Assembly (NCBI GenBank): GCA_039821605.1
Contig: JBCBNV010000005.1
Location: 280,849 to 344,848 of the forward strand
DNA from: Pseudomonadota bacterium
Lineage (GTDB): Bacteria; Pseudomonadota; Gammaproteobacteria; Steroidobacterales; Woeseiaceae
DNA length: 64,000 nucleotides
Direction of reading: 5' to 3'
The translations under genes were made by a program, and so were the position numbers. This document shows, one piece after another, positions 45,240-54,779 of the stretch. Within the stretch, counting starts at the first letter, position 1. Each line of letters begins with the position of its first letter. The notes under the pieces are model-generated. The model did no database searches. It was given only the letters and a program-made list of their open reading frames with translations, and was not told where the DNA came from.

Positions 45240-47495
45240 TCAGGGCACCTCACGCAGCACAAACGGCCCCGTCCAGCTCAACACCGTGCCGGCCACATCC
45301 AGCCTATGCCGCGCCGACGCTGATGCATTCGTATTGGCCAGCGCGAACACGCGGCGCTTGCCCGATACGAACGTTATGGCGACCACCGTATAGCGCGCAT
45401 CGTCGAGGATGACCTCGAGCCCCGTGACGCGCGGCTTGGCCTGCACGGCAGTCTCGGTCACCGGGCTGTACTGCCCGTGCGGCTCAATAGCGTTGACGAA
45501 CACCGTACTCGCGATGCCCTGACGTCGAATCAGAAACCCGGGCTCGCGCCGCAAGTTGAACGCCGGGTCATTGGCACCGATCCGCACAAGGTGCAGCGTG
45601 TCGGTCGGCAATGATGCCGTTGTGAGCGTGTAAAACTTCCGGGCATGCAGCCAGGTCATTTGCGAACTGGGCGCCACCGGCCGTCCGCTCGCTTCCAGAA
45701 ACAGATGCTGGAATCCATTGTCCTCACCCAGGGGCTCCAGAACCTGCGGCGCCTCCAAGGGGAAGTTGGTATCGAGCATCTGACCCAGGAAGTAGAAGGG
45801 CAAATCCAGTTGTTTGGGCCGGTCTCCCGTTACTTTCAGGATGTCGAGTACAAACGGCTTCTCGAGTGCGGCATCCTGAATCATCACCAGCGTTCGGTGC
45901 AGGACATTGCCGGGATAGGCGTTGCGCTCTTTCGCACTGACGAGCTGGACCTCACCCCTGGAAACGTCGAAGGCGTACAACTCCGAATGGTGCCGACTGC
46001 CCACCTCGTAGGCGCCACCAAAGTGTGACGACCCATCCACTGTAACGGTGTTGTGCGCAATGCTCTGCTTGGCCCACGTCGCATTCTCAGGCAGGTAGTT
46101 TCCGCCGCCCTTTTGCTCAATGTTGACGAAGCGGGACATCCCGTAGTCCTGCAGCACCTCATCGCCGCGCTCGTAGAGTGAAAACGACAACTTGTCGTAG
46201 TGCCCGTGACTGAGCCCCTGAGCGGAGTACTTGAAGACGAGTGTGAGCGCCTCGTTGGCGGCCCGAAGAACGGCAACGCCGCCTTCGCTTCCATCCTGGC
46301 CGTCCGACAGGTTGATTGAGCGCTTCTCGTAGGACTGCGCCTTGCCGTCGCGCAGCGCCAGCGCGACGGCAATACCGGCATCGTCGAGCAACACAGCGTC
46401 CTGCACGGCTGCGATGCCGAGCAGCTGAGCATCACCACCACCCATGAGATAGGCAATGTCGACGGCCGTCACGCCCTCCCGGCCATAGATGGACATGCCT
46501 TTCTGCGCGTCATTGAGCGGAAAGAACTCGCCATCCGCGTCCGACAACTGAAGCATCGCATCGACGGCTTTGAGCAACTGACCGTCACGACGCTCGAACA
46601 CCCCGAGTTCCGGGCGATTGTTGTGCAGCGCCTGCGCAAACACGAGAAACGGGTACATGGCGTAGCGCTGATAGTAGGGACCTTCGGTGTAGTACCCATC
46701 GGGCGAAAACGGCGCCTCGAGATTCGCAAGAAAGCCCGCCTTGCCCTGCTGGTCGAAGATGAACCCGCCGTCGTTGTCCGTCGCCTTGAGATCAATGTCG
46801 AACTGATCCGAAGGCAGGCCACGGAGCGCTCGGTCTACCAACTCGTCGTCGTCCATGACGAGACCTATCATGCCGACCGCGGCATTGCCCCAGGTGCTGT
46901 GGTTGTGAATGCGGTTGAAAAAACGCGGATTGGCCACGGAGATGTGATCCGCAAATGGCCGAAACAGGTTGTTCTCGAGGCGCTCGCGTTCCTCTGGCGT
47001 CAGGAAGTCGTGGATGGTGTCGTACGCCTGGCTCGCGTATACCAGCCAGTTCGCATCATTGAGGCACTGCCAGAACAACTTGCCCCGTGCGTAGGAGCGG
47101 GTCTTCGGGTGCAACGGCAGGCCCCGGTACATCGCCTCGTACTGAAACAGCATGTCGCGGACATAGCGTGCGTAACGCTCGTCCTCGAGAATCTGGTAGA
47201 GCACCCCCGCCTTCTGCATGACGAAGAAGTTCCGCTTGTGGCGTTCGTGGGTGTAGCCCCCCGAGTAGTCCTCGGGGATCGGCGTCTCGATGCCCGCAGC
47301 GATTTCTGCCTCGACCTCGGCCTGCGCACGCGCCACGGCGCGGTCGAACAGCGGGACCGTTCCCAGCGCGGCTCGAATCTGCGCGACCCCGTCCCGGGTC
47401 AGAATCAGCTTCGGGTGCCCGCTGTCGGCCGGACTTGGTGACGGCGCGAATGCCAGCGGCACCGCCACAACCGCAATCCTCAAGAAATCTCGCAT
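45240..47495 (-). CDS. PL17-like oligoalginate lyase (alginate-lyase toroid + heparinase II/III-like domain)
   Basis: I moved the start to ATG 47495 (signal peptide MRDFLRIAVVAVPLAFAPSPSPA). 751 aa with YTHERHKRNF, WQCLNDANW and RIHNHSTWGNAAVG. Confidence 0.78.
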   Translation of the reverse strand: MRDFLRIAVVAVPLAFAPSPSPADSGHPKLILTRDGVAQIRAALGTVPLFDRAVARAQAEVEAEIAAGIETPIPEDYSGGYTHERHKRNFFVMQKAGVLYQILEDERYARYVRDMLFQYEAMYRGLPLHPKTRSYARGKLFWQCLNDANWLVYASQAYDTIHDFLTPEERERLENNLFRPFADHISVANPRFFNRIHNHSTWGNAAVGMIGLVMDDDELVDRALRGLPSDQFDIDLKATDNDGGFIFDQQGKAGFLANLEAPFSPDGYYTEGPYYQRYAMYPFLVFAQALHNNRPELGVFERRDGQLLKAVDAMLQLSDADGEFFPLNDAQKGMSIYGREGVTAVDIAYLMGGGDAQLLGIAAVQDAVLLDDAGIAVALALRDGKAQSYEKRSINLSDGQDGSEGGVAVLRAANEALTLVFKYSAQGLSHGHYDKLSFSLYERGDEVLQDYGMSRFVNIEQKGGGNYLPENATWAKQSIAHNTVTVDGSSHFGGAYEVGSRHHSELYAFDVSRGEVQLVSAKERNAYPGNVLHRTLVMIQDAALEKPFVLDILKVTGDRPKQLDLPFYFLGQMLDTNFPLEAPQVLEPLGEDNGFQHLFLEASGRPVAPSSQMTWLHARKFYTLTTASLPTDTLHLVRIGANDPAFNLRREPGFLIRRQGIASTVFVNAIEPHGQYSPVTETAVQAKPRVTGLEVILDDARYTVVAITFVSGKRRVFALANTNASASARHRLDVAGTVLSWTGPFVLREVP

Positions 47496-47646
47496 TCGCC
47501 GGCACCCCTCGCCTTTCGTCACCATGCGTGTTCCCCAACGCATCGATCGCGATGTCCACGCCAGAATCGACAAGGACGCCACTACCCGCAAATGGTAAGG
47601 TATCAGCATTAACCAATACTGTCGCCATTTGCTCATTATTGGGCGC

Positions 47647-47668
47647 CCAATTATATCAATTGGTAAGC
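47647..47668. promoter_or_regulatory. Palindrome in the divergent lyase promoter
   Basis: CCAATT atatc AATTGG (47647-47663) has perfect 6-bp arms. The right arm runs into ATTGGTAAGC (47659-47668), a 10-mer that recurs at 54147-54156. Confidence 0.4.
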
Positions 47669-47683
47669 ACGCTGGAGCCCTGC

Positions 47684-49924
47684 ATGCTGATTCGCACCTT
47701 GCCACTCATCGCCATCGGTGTCCTTTCGGGACTGCTCAGCAGCTGCACGTCGGATCAAGCGGACCGGGTGGTCGAGACTATCGAGCAGTTCGATGCCGCC
47801 GTGGGCCAACTGCAGCCCGGGGACACGCTCGTACTGGCGAACGGCATCTGGCGCGACGTCGAGCTGCGCTTCGTGGGAACCGGCACCGCGGACCGGCCCA
47901 TCACGCTGCGTGCGCAGGAAGCGGGTAAGGTCATTATTTCCGGCCAATCGAGCCTCGCCCTCTCGGGCGAACATCTCGTCGTGTCCGATCTCGTCTTCCG
48001 GGATGGCTACACGCCCACCACCGAGGTCATCGCATTCAGAACGGCCAAGGACACGCTTGCCAATTACAGCCGCGTCACGAACACCGTCATAGACAACTTC
48101 ACCAATCCGGAGCGATTCGCCTCCGACATCTGGGTTGCGATCTATGGCAAGAACAACCGCTTCGATCACAACTCACTGCTCAACAAGGGGAATGCGGGCG
48201 TGACTCTGGCCGTGCGAATGAACACCGAGGCCAGTCGAGAGAACGGGCACGTGATCGAGTACAACTACTTCGGGCCGCGCCAGACCCTGGGCTCCAACGG
48301 CGGCGAGACCTTGCGGATTGGCACGAGCCACTATTCTCGCGAGTTCTCGAACACCGTCGTTCGCAACAACTACTTCGACAGAACCAGCGGCGAGCTCGAG
48401 ATCATCTCCAGCAAGTCCTGCGGCAATGAGATTAGCGACAACGTCTTCTTCGAAAGCCAGGGCACGCTCACCATGCGGCACGGCCATTACACGGTCGTCG
48501 AAGGCAACTATTTCCTGGGCAACCGCAAGCCCAATACCGGCGGCATCCGCATCATCAACGAGAACCAGACCGTTCGAAACAACTACCTTTCGGGCCTGAC
48601 CGGTCATCGGTTCCGTGGTGCGCTCGTGATCATGAACGGCGTCCCGAACGGCCCGATCAACCGCTATGACCCGGTCATCGATTCCGTCATGGACAACAAC
48701 ATCGTAGTCGACAGCGATCACATCCAGCTGTGCGCGGGCAGCGATGCCGAACGGTCGGCAGCCCCCACCGGGTCCACAATGCGCAACAACCTGTTCATGA
48801 GTCGCACGAATCTCGATCCCTTCACCATCTACGACGATATCTCGGGGATCACCTTCGAAGGCAATGTCATCAATGAAGAGGCGCGACTGCCGATTGACGC
48901 CGGCTTCAGCAAAACCGCCTACGCCGTGTCCGAGAACACGCACGGGCTGCGCGTGCCCGCGCAATCCCTGATAGACCAGATCCAGTTTGGCGAAGTCCGG
49001 CTCCCGGTCAGCAAGGCAGAGGCGGGCGCGAGCTACTACGAGAAGCGAGACCCCGTCGTCGCCTTCTCCAGTGGCGCGACAACGCGTGTCGCGCCGGGCA
49101 CCAACACGTTGCTGGCCGCGATTCGGGACAGCGGCCCCGGCGATATCCTGGTGCTCGACAACGGCGGCGAGTACCTGCTGACGAAGTTCGCGTACGTCCA
49201 TCACCCGTTGACGATTCACGCAGCACCCGGCGACAAACCGGTGATCCGTTCCGAGAAGCCGACATTCCTGTTCATCGAGAACGGCGGTGCGCTGGAACTC
49301 GACAACCTCTGGCTCGATGGCTCGGAATCGCCCGACCTCTATGGCAACAACGTCATCAGCACGAGCCGCTATTCAATGACCCGGAATTACTCGCTGTCGG
49401 TCCGCAACAGCCGGATCACCAATCTGGACGTCAATCACAGCTTCAATTTCATGGGCGTCTACAAGAGTACGTTTGCCGACTCGATCGAGATTCGCGACAC
49501 GGAAATGACCAACGTTACCGGGTCCATTCTTGCGTTCGACAAGGAACCCGAAGACCTGGGCATTTACAACGTTGAGAACGTGACGATCAGTAACAGTCGG
49601 TTCTCGGGCATCCAGGGCGCGGTCGCAAACATCTATCGCGGCGGAACGGACGAAAGCACGTTTGGTCCCATCGTCTCTGTCACGGACAGCCACTTTGAAG
49701 AGGTCGGACTTGGGCGCCGAAACAAGTCGGGCGCGTCACTCGCGTTTCACGGGGTTCAACGCCTTCACATCTCGAACTCGAGCTGGAAGGGCAGCGCACC
49801 GCTCGCACTCCATCTGACAAATGGCGAGCCCATTACGGAAATCGCGGATGTTGTCATGGAGAACACCGGGCCCATTCGAGCGAATGAAGAACGCTACGTC
49901 ACACGCAACGTGACGTATCGGTAA
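47684..49924 (+). CDS. PL6-like alginate lyase, long two-domain beta-helix form, lipoprotein
   Basis: I moved the start to ATG 47684 (GGAG 7 nt upstream); the listed 47435 start would overlap the divergent gene. Lipobox LLSSC. Motifs: PGDTLVLANGIW, NYFGPRQTLGSNGGETLRIGTS, ELEIISSKSCGN. Confidence 0.78.
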   Translation: MLIRTLPLIAIGVLSGLLSSCTSDQADRVVETIEQFDAAVGQLQPGDTLVLANGIWRDVELRFVGTGTADRPITLRAQEAGKVIISGQSSLALSGEHLVVSDLVFRDGYTPTTEVIAFRTAKDTLANYSRVTNTVIDNFTNPERFASDIWVAIYGKNNRFDHNSLLNKGNAGVTLAVRMNTEASRENGHVIEYNYFGPRQTLGSNGGETLRIGTSHYSREFSNTVVRNNYFDRTSGELEIISSKSCGNEISDNVFFESQGTLTMRHGHYTVVEGNYFLGNRKPNTGGIRIINENQTVRNNYLSGLTGHRFRGALVIMNGVPNGPINRYDPVIDSVMDNNIVVDSDHIQLCAGSDAERSAAPTGSTMRNNLFMSRTNLDPFTIYDDISGITFEGNVINEEARLPIDAGFSKTAYAVSENTHGLRVPAQSLIDQIQFGEVRLPVSKAEAGASYYEKRDPVVAFSSGATTRVAPGTNTLLAAIRDSGPGDILVLDNGGEYLLTKFAYVHHPLTIHAAPGDKPVIRSEKPTFLFIENGGALELDNLWLDGSESPDLYGNNVISTSRYSMTRNYSLSVRNSRITNLDVNHSFNFMGVYKSTFADSIEIRDTEMTNVTGSILAFDKEPEDLGIYNVENVTISNSRFSGIQGAVANIYRGGTDESTFGPIVSVTDSHFEEVGLGRRNKSGASLAFHGVQRLHISNSSWKGSAPLALHLTNGEPITEIADVVMENTGPIRANEERYVTRNVTYR

Positions 49925-49940
49925 CTCAAGCCGGGCCTGG

Positions 49941-50906
49941 CTAGTCGTCGAGCGCGACCTTGCTGACGACAAAGTCGGCGAAGCGGACGTGCTCCTCGTC
50001 CGGTCGAAGGTTGTCGAGATCAACAAGCGATCGATAGATGCCCCACTTGGGCCGCACGAAATGCGCCGGACTCTCGCCACGCCATAAGTCGAGTGGATCG
50101 ACATCGATGTCGAAGACGACTGCGTCATCCCGCGCTCGGGTCACGATCATCCGTAATGCCCCTGTGTCGGAGAACGTCGCCCGGCAATAGGCATCGAGCC
50201 ATTCGCCGGTCACCTCAGACCATTCGGTTCGCGCCAGCAATGCCGTCTCTTGCAAGGGGCTGTGGCGCACCTCGATGCCGTCTTCGCCGCCGCGCTCCGA
50301 GCCCGAGATCGTGATGAGGGGCTGGCTGTCATTGCCGCCGACAGCCTTCAACTGAAACAGGTGCGTAAACCGTGTCGAGACGGTCATGTCGGCGTTGATT
50401 TTGAATTTCCAGCGGAAGACCAGGGTGTCGTTCTGAAATCCCTTGACCGCGTCCTCAGACCGATTGTATGTCTTGATCTCGTTGCGCTGCCTGTCCGTGA
50501 TATCCAGACGATCCCGATCTCTGTCGAGGTCTCGGTGGATGACGAAGACAAAATGGTCACCGACCTCTGCGTCGGTGTCCTCGTAGATGTGCTCGACACC
50601 CGGATGATTGATCGTGTACAGATCCGGGGCTTCGATCGGGTTTGGTCCCCCGAAATTCCGAATCAGATCGTACGTCTCCACGCCTGCCTGGAAACCGTCG
50701 GCCGACAACGTGCGAACCGACAGCTCGGTGTAGGCCACGGTATCGACGGGTCGCGGCGTCACGACGGGCGGTGGGTTCGGGGGGACCGCGACAGCCGGTG
50801 TGCCACCGCCCGACCCGCATCCGCCAAGGCTCATTGCCAGGGCCCACAGCGTGCGCGACGAAGAGAAACGCGGGTGTCGCTGCGCACGGCGGCTGGTGGC
50901 GCTCAT
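49941..50906 (-). CDS. Lipoprotein with jelly-roll polysaccharide-lyase-like motifs (family unassigned)
   Basis: 321 aa with signal ALAMSLGGC and a Pro-rich linker. RQRNEIK, THLFQLK and RPKWGIYR are spaced like the catalytic strands of heparin-lyase-I / PF14099-type lyases (from memory). It lacks PL7 signatures. Confidence 0.5.
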   Translation of the reverse strand: MSATSRRAQRHPRFSSSRTLWALAMSLGGCGSGGGTPAVAVPPNPPPVVTPRPVDTVAYTELSVRTLSADGFQAGVETYDLIRNFGGPNPIEAPDLYTINHPGVEHIYEDTDAEVGDHFVFVIHRDLDRDRDRLDITDRQRNEIKTYNRSEDAVKGFQNDTLVFRWKFKINADMTVSTRFTHLFQLKAVGGNDSQPLITISGSERGGEDGIEVRHSPLQETALLARTEWSEVTGEWLDAYCRATFSDTGALRMIVTRARDDAVVFDIDVDPLDLWRGESPAHFVRPKWGIYRSLVDLDNLRPDEEHVRFADFVVSKVALDD

Positions 50907-50965
50907 GGCGAGAACATCACAGAACGGTCACCAGGACCGCGCCACAGTGCAATACGGATGCAGTG

Positions 50966-50992
50966 AAAAAGGCCCCGGCACAAGGCCGGGGC
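50966..50992 (-). terminator. Rho-independent terminator after the alginate-locus receptor
   Basis: The minus strand reads GCCCCGGC cttgt GCCGGGGC C TTTTT, 6 nt after the receptor stop (50999). Confidence 0.7.
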
Positions 50993-50998
50993 GCATGT

Positions 50999-53923
50999 TC
51001 AGAAGCGGTAGCTGGCACCGAACGTGATACGACGATCGGTCAGACCCTGGAAGCAGAGCAACGCGTTTTCATTGACGCAGTACTGCTCGACTTCCGACTC
51101 CGTGATGTTGATCGCCTCAATGCCGACATTGAGGTTGTCGTTGACGTTGTAGCTGATGCTGCCGTTGAGCTGGCCCCGGTCATCTTGAACCACGGGGAAG
51201 CCCCACGGGAAACTCGTCGTGCTGCCGAAGTCAGTCGAGCGATAGGCCTCCCGCCAGGTGTAGCGGAGTCGCGCAGAAAGATCGTACTTCTCGTAGAAGA
51301 CCGTGACGTTGTAGGCGTTCTCCGAGAGGTCTACGAGCGGCTGACGCAGCGTGACATCGGGATTGCCCAGGGCCGTAAACACCGTATCGGCGCGGCTCGT
51401 GGGGCCGAGGAAGTTATCGCCGCCGTCGAAGTCCTGAATCGTGTAGTTGACCAGGAAGCCAAAGCCCGAGGCCCAGCCCAGCTGTTCCTCGAAATTGGAC
51501 AGGTCGTACTGAATCGCGAACTCGAAGCCGGACTGGGTGGTTTCACCGGTACCGTTGATGATCTGCGTGGTCGGAACACAAACACCTGGCGGTGTGCCTG
51601 GCGGTGCGAACACGTTGGGATCGGCGATCGGGTTGAAGATGCCGCCGGCCTCGCACGGGTCCGTGATATCGCGGAAACCATTGGCGTCCTCGATGGGGTC
51701 CTCGTCGTTGCGCACGAAAACGCCAGTACGCTCTTTGCGGAAGTAGCCGATGCTCGCGACGGCGGCGGGTGCGAAGTACCACTCGGCCGAGAGATCGAGC
51801 GAGTCCACTTCTTCCGGCTCGAGCGCGGGGTTGCCCAGGCTTACGGGCGGGTTCGGGCTCGTGCTGAACGAGAATGACGTTGACAGGTCGTCAAAGTTGG
51901 GACGCCGGATGTCCTTGGTCCAACCCAGCCGCAGGACGAGATCGTCACGAGGGCTTGCCACGATGTTGATACGTGGCAGGAAGAACTCGTAGCTGGAGCT
52001 TGTAGAGGTTGGCGTGCTGACACCGTCGGTGACACGAAAGCCGCGTGAGTCGAGATCTGTATCGACGTAGCGGAAACCAAAATTGCCGCGGAACATGCCG
52101 ACCTCGAAGTTGGCCTGGGCGTACAGCGCGCTTGTGGTTTCCTCAACGTCGAAGAAGGACGCCGTTCGCGAGGTCGGATCGCTGATCGGTGCACGGGTCG
52201 CACCCGTAATCGCGTTGTTCGCGGCAATCGCGTTGTTGATGACGTCCAGAACGGCGCCGGGGTCTGAGTTGGCGGTTTCGGGATTGATGAGCAGGAAGTC
52301 ACGGACAAAAAGCGCCCGGCCATCCGCCGCATCAAAGTTGTCCGGACCCGTCGTCAGGATGCTCTCGAACAGATCACCGGTCGGCGCCTCCGCAAGATTA
52401 CGTATACCCGTGTTCGAGCGCACCTCGTCTGTCGTGCTCGAGGTCTTGTTGTAGCGGTAACCAAAATCGATCGACGAGATAGCCTCCCACTGCAAGTCGA
52501 ACGAGAAGTCCGTGAGAAAGGCGTCTTCCGTGTTCTCGGTGTTGTCCTGCCCGATGTTCACGTCACGCAGGACGTAGTTGGCGGGATCGAGCAGGTCAGC
52601 CGGTGCGGGCGCGCCGGCGGCGCCAAAGGCGATACCGAAGGTCAATCCACCGCGAAGGTCGTAGGCGAACGGCGTACCGTTCTCATTGCTGCTGTTCGTT
52701 GCCGCATTCGGGTTGATGAAGTTCAGCGTTGTACTGAAGTTGGGGTTGTCGGTATCTGAGCGAGATGTTGAGACCTCGACGCGACCCGACCAACGGTCGC
52801 GCTGCCAGTCCGTGCCCAGCCTGAATATCTGGCTCTCCGTGACTCGCGAACTCGTGTCGGTGGACAGACGCAGGTTCGGGTCAGCGTCGCCGGCTTCGAT
52901 CGGAATCGTGCCGAACAGCGCCGCCTGGATGGAACCCAGGTTCTGGGCACCGCTCTCGCCGTCGATCGTGCCGAAATTGACGAGCTCGAAGCCGTCGGGC
53001 GCCGCGACGTTGCGAAGATCCGAAACACCGGATGCCTGAACGCGAGAGCTTTCCTGGAGGCGCTCCTGATCGTTGATGATGGTGTCGAAGTAGACCGTCA
53101 TGCTGTCGTTCGGCGCCCACTCGAAGGAGCCTGCGAAGTTGACCGTCTCGTATTCGAAGTTGTCGTAGTCCTGCACCAGGAACTGGATGGGCAGGAAGTC
53201 GAAGGACTGCGCGCTCGCCGCGCCGCTCGTCGAACCCACGAAGTTGTCTCGGTCAGCTCGCGGACGGAACGCGCTAACGTCTTGTTCGGTGTAGCTCGCG
53301 CTGACGACAACGCCGAAATCGCCGGAATCCGTCGACCAGTTATCACCCCAGGTACCCGAAAGGCGAGGCTGGATTCCGTCCGTGGACAGACTACTGTCCT
53401 CACCCTGGATGCGCCCTGCGGCCAGCGGCTCGCTCAGTTGAAGCGGGCGGATCGTTTTCAGATTGATCGTGCCACCGACGGAACCCTCGATCGTCTTGGC
53501 TTCCGGTGACTTGGTGACTTCGACACCCGCGATGATGGCGGCGGATACATCCTCGAAGTCGATACCGCTGCGGCCTGCGCCGGAGCCTACGGTCGAGACG
53601 CCATTGACCTCCGTCCGGTTCGCGTTCGTTCCGCGAATCTGCACGCCGTTGCCCACGCCTGCTTCGCGCGTGATCTGGATCCCCGGAATGTTCTCGAGGA
53701 CTTCAGCGAGGTTCTGGTCGGGAAGCTTGCCGATGTCCTCGGCGATGATCACTTCGACAAGGTTGTCGGAGTTTCTCTTCTGGTCAATCGCAGTTGCGAG
53801 CGATCCGCGGATGCCCTTCACTACAATTTCTTCGATTGGTTCGTCCTGTGCGATCGCCGCTGAAATCAGCGTTAACGTCGATACAGGTAGTGCGAGCAGT
53901 GCGCTCGTCCGCTTCACGTTCAT
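50999..53923 (-). CDS. TonB-dependent receptor of the alginate locus
   Basis: 974 aa with a signal peptide, plug motifs (IEEIVVKGIRGSL, DIGKLPDQNLAEVLENIPGI, TIEGSVGGTINLKT) and the terminal ...RITFGASYRF. Confidence 0.9.
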   Translation of the reverse strand: MNVKRTSALLALPVSTLTLISAAIAQDEPIEEIVVKGIRGSLATAIDQKRNSDNLVEVIIAEDIGKLPDQNLAEVLENIPGIQITREAGVGNGVQIRGTNANRTEVNGVSTVGSGAGRSGIDFEDVSAAIIAGVEVTKSPEAKTIEGSVGGTINLKTIRPLQLSEPLAAGRIQGEDSSLSTDGIQPRLSGTWGDNWSTDSGDFGVVVSASYTEQDVSAFRPRADRDNFVGSTSGAASAQSFDFLPIQFLVQDYDNFEYETVNFAGSFEWAPNDSMTVYFDTIINDQERLQESSRVQASGVSDLRNVAAPDGFELVNFGTIDGESGAQNLGSIQAALFGTIPIEAGDADPNLRLSTDTSSRVTESQIFRLGTDWQRDRWSGRVEVSTSRSDTDNPNFSTTLNFINPNAATNSSNENGTPFAYDLRGGLTFGIAFGAAGAPAPADLLDPANYVLRDVNIGQDNTENTEDAFLTDFSFDLQWEAISSIDFGYRYNKTSSTTDEVRSNTGIRNLAEAPTGDLFESILTTGPDNFDAADGRALFVRDFLLINPETANSDPGAVLDVINNAIAANNAITGATRAPISDPTSRTASFFDVEETTSALYAQANFEVGMFRGNFGFRYVDTDLDSRGFRVTDGVSTPTSTSSSYEFFLPRINIVASPRDDLVLRLGWTKDIRRPNFDDLSTSFSFSTSPNPPVSLGNPALEPEEVDSLDLSAEWYFAPAAVASIGYFRKERTGVFVRNDEDPIEDANGFRDITDPCEAGGIFNPIADPNVFAPPGTPPGVCVPTTQIINGTGETTQSGFEFAIQYDLSNFEEQLGWASGFGFLVNYTIQDFDGGDNFLGPTSRADTVFTALGNPDVTLRQPLVDLSENAYNVTVFYEKYDLSARLRYTWREAYRSTDFGSTTSFPWGFPVVQDDRGQLNGSISYNVNDNLNVGIEAINITESEVEQYCVNENALLCFQGLTDRRITFGASYRF

Positions 53924-54015
53924 CTTAGTCCCCCCTAAGAAGCAGTATTTTGTCGGTAATCTACCGAAGGGGGTTTATAATCCAATTTTGACCGAAATGC
54001 CAACCTAGTTTACTC

Positions 54016-54045
54016 GCCAATAATGATTTATTGGCCTTACCAATT
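54016..54045. promoter_or_regulatory. Perfect palindrome plus ACCAATT upstream of the receptor gene
   Basis: GCCAATAA tgat TTATTGGC (54016-54035) has perfect 8-bp arms. ACCAATT lies at 54039-54045. Both are about 95-120 nt upstream of the receptor start (53923, minus strand). Confidence 0.4.
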
Positions 54046-54235
54046 TATCTAAACCTTTGTTTTTTGCCGCCTATTGATTGTTTTCGGTACAAATATGGCT
54101 ACTAGCCGGGCAAGTGAATGTTCCGGGAACGAACACAAGAAATGCTATTGGTAAGCGCTTTGGTATCACGACAATCAGGAATTGGTTTCCCTAATCACAG
54201 GTTGGCCAGGGAATTGCCGCAGTGTGCGGCCTGTG

Positions 54236-54763
54236 TCAGTCCGCCACGTTTCTCGGCATCGACGTTGAATCAAACCGTTCCCAGCCATGGCCATCGAACG
54301 GGTCAACGCCCAACTGGCGCATTACGTGCGGGAAGTCGACCATGACCCAGTTGTCGACGATCTTGCCATCAACCACTTTCCAGAAATCCATGTAGCGAAT
54401 CTCGACGCGCTTGCCCGTGGGGGCGATGCCCATGAACTCGCCGCTGTGCACGGCCTCCTGGCGCCCGAAGGCCGCGCACCATTCGCCCTGGGTAATGCGC
54501 GCCTCATCGGTGCAAACCTTGTCGGAGAATGCTGCCTGAAACGGGCGCTGCCAGCCGTCCTGGAATTCCTTGAGCCCGTTCTTGAAGCCGCAGCCCGCGT
54601 TGCCGATCCAGCGGAACGACTCGCTGAAGAAGCGACCCATACTGTCGATGTCGTGGTCGTTGAGGCCGTCGACCATGGCGTCGATGACGCTCAGCGTCTC
54701 TTCGGTTTTGGAGAGGTCGTTGTCTTTCGTCAGCTCAGCCTGTTCGGGGCGTTGTCCACTCAC
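54236..54763 (-). CDS. SnoaL/NTF2-like ester-cyclase family protein
   Basis: 175 aa with ...VEIRYMDFWKVVDGKIVDNWVMVDFPHVMRQLG. Confidence 0.75.
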   Translation of the reverse strand: MSGQRPEQAELTKDNDLSKTEETLSVIDAMVDGLNDHDIDSMGRFFSESFRWIGNAGCGFKNGLKEFQDGWQRPFQAAFSDKVCTDEARITQGEWCAAFGRQEAVHSGEFMGIAPTGKRVEIRYMDFWKVVDGKIVDNWVMVDFPHVMRQLGVDPFDGHGWERFDSTSMPRNVAD

Positions 54764-54779
54764 GTCATGTTTCCTCGCT

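Noticed and set aside
47435-47683. Upstream extension of the PL6-like ORF
   Set aside because: It would overlap the divergent PL17-like gene and has no sensible N-terminus. ATG 47684 follows GGAG and starts a lipoprotein signal. Analogous extensions were trimmed at 60735-60902, 61640-62044, 10823-10987, 17247-17327, 39353-39415, 39466-39516, 44029-44187, 47496-47705 and 8770-8856.
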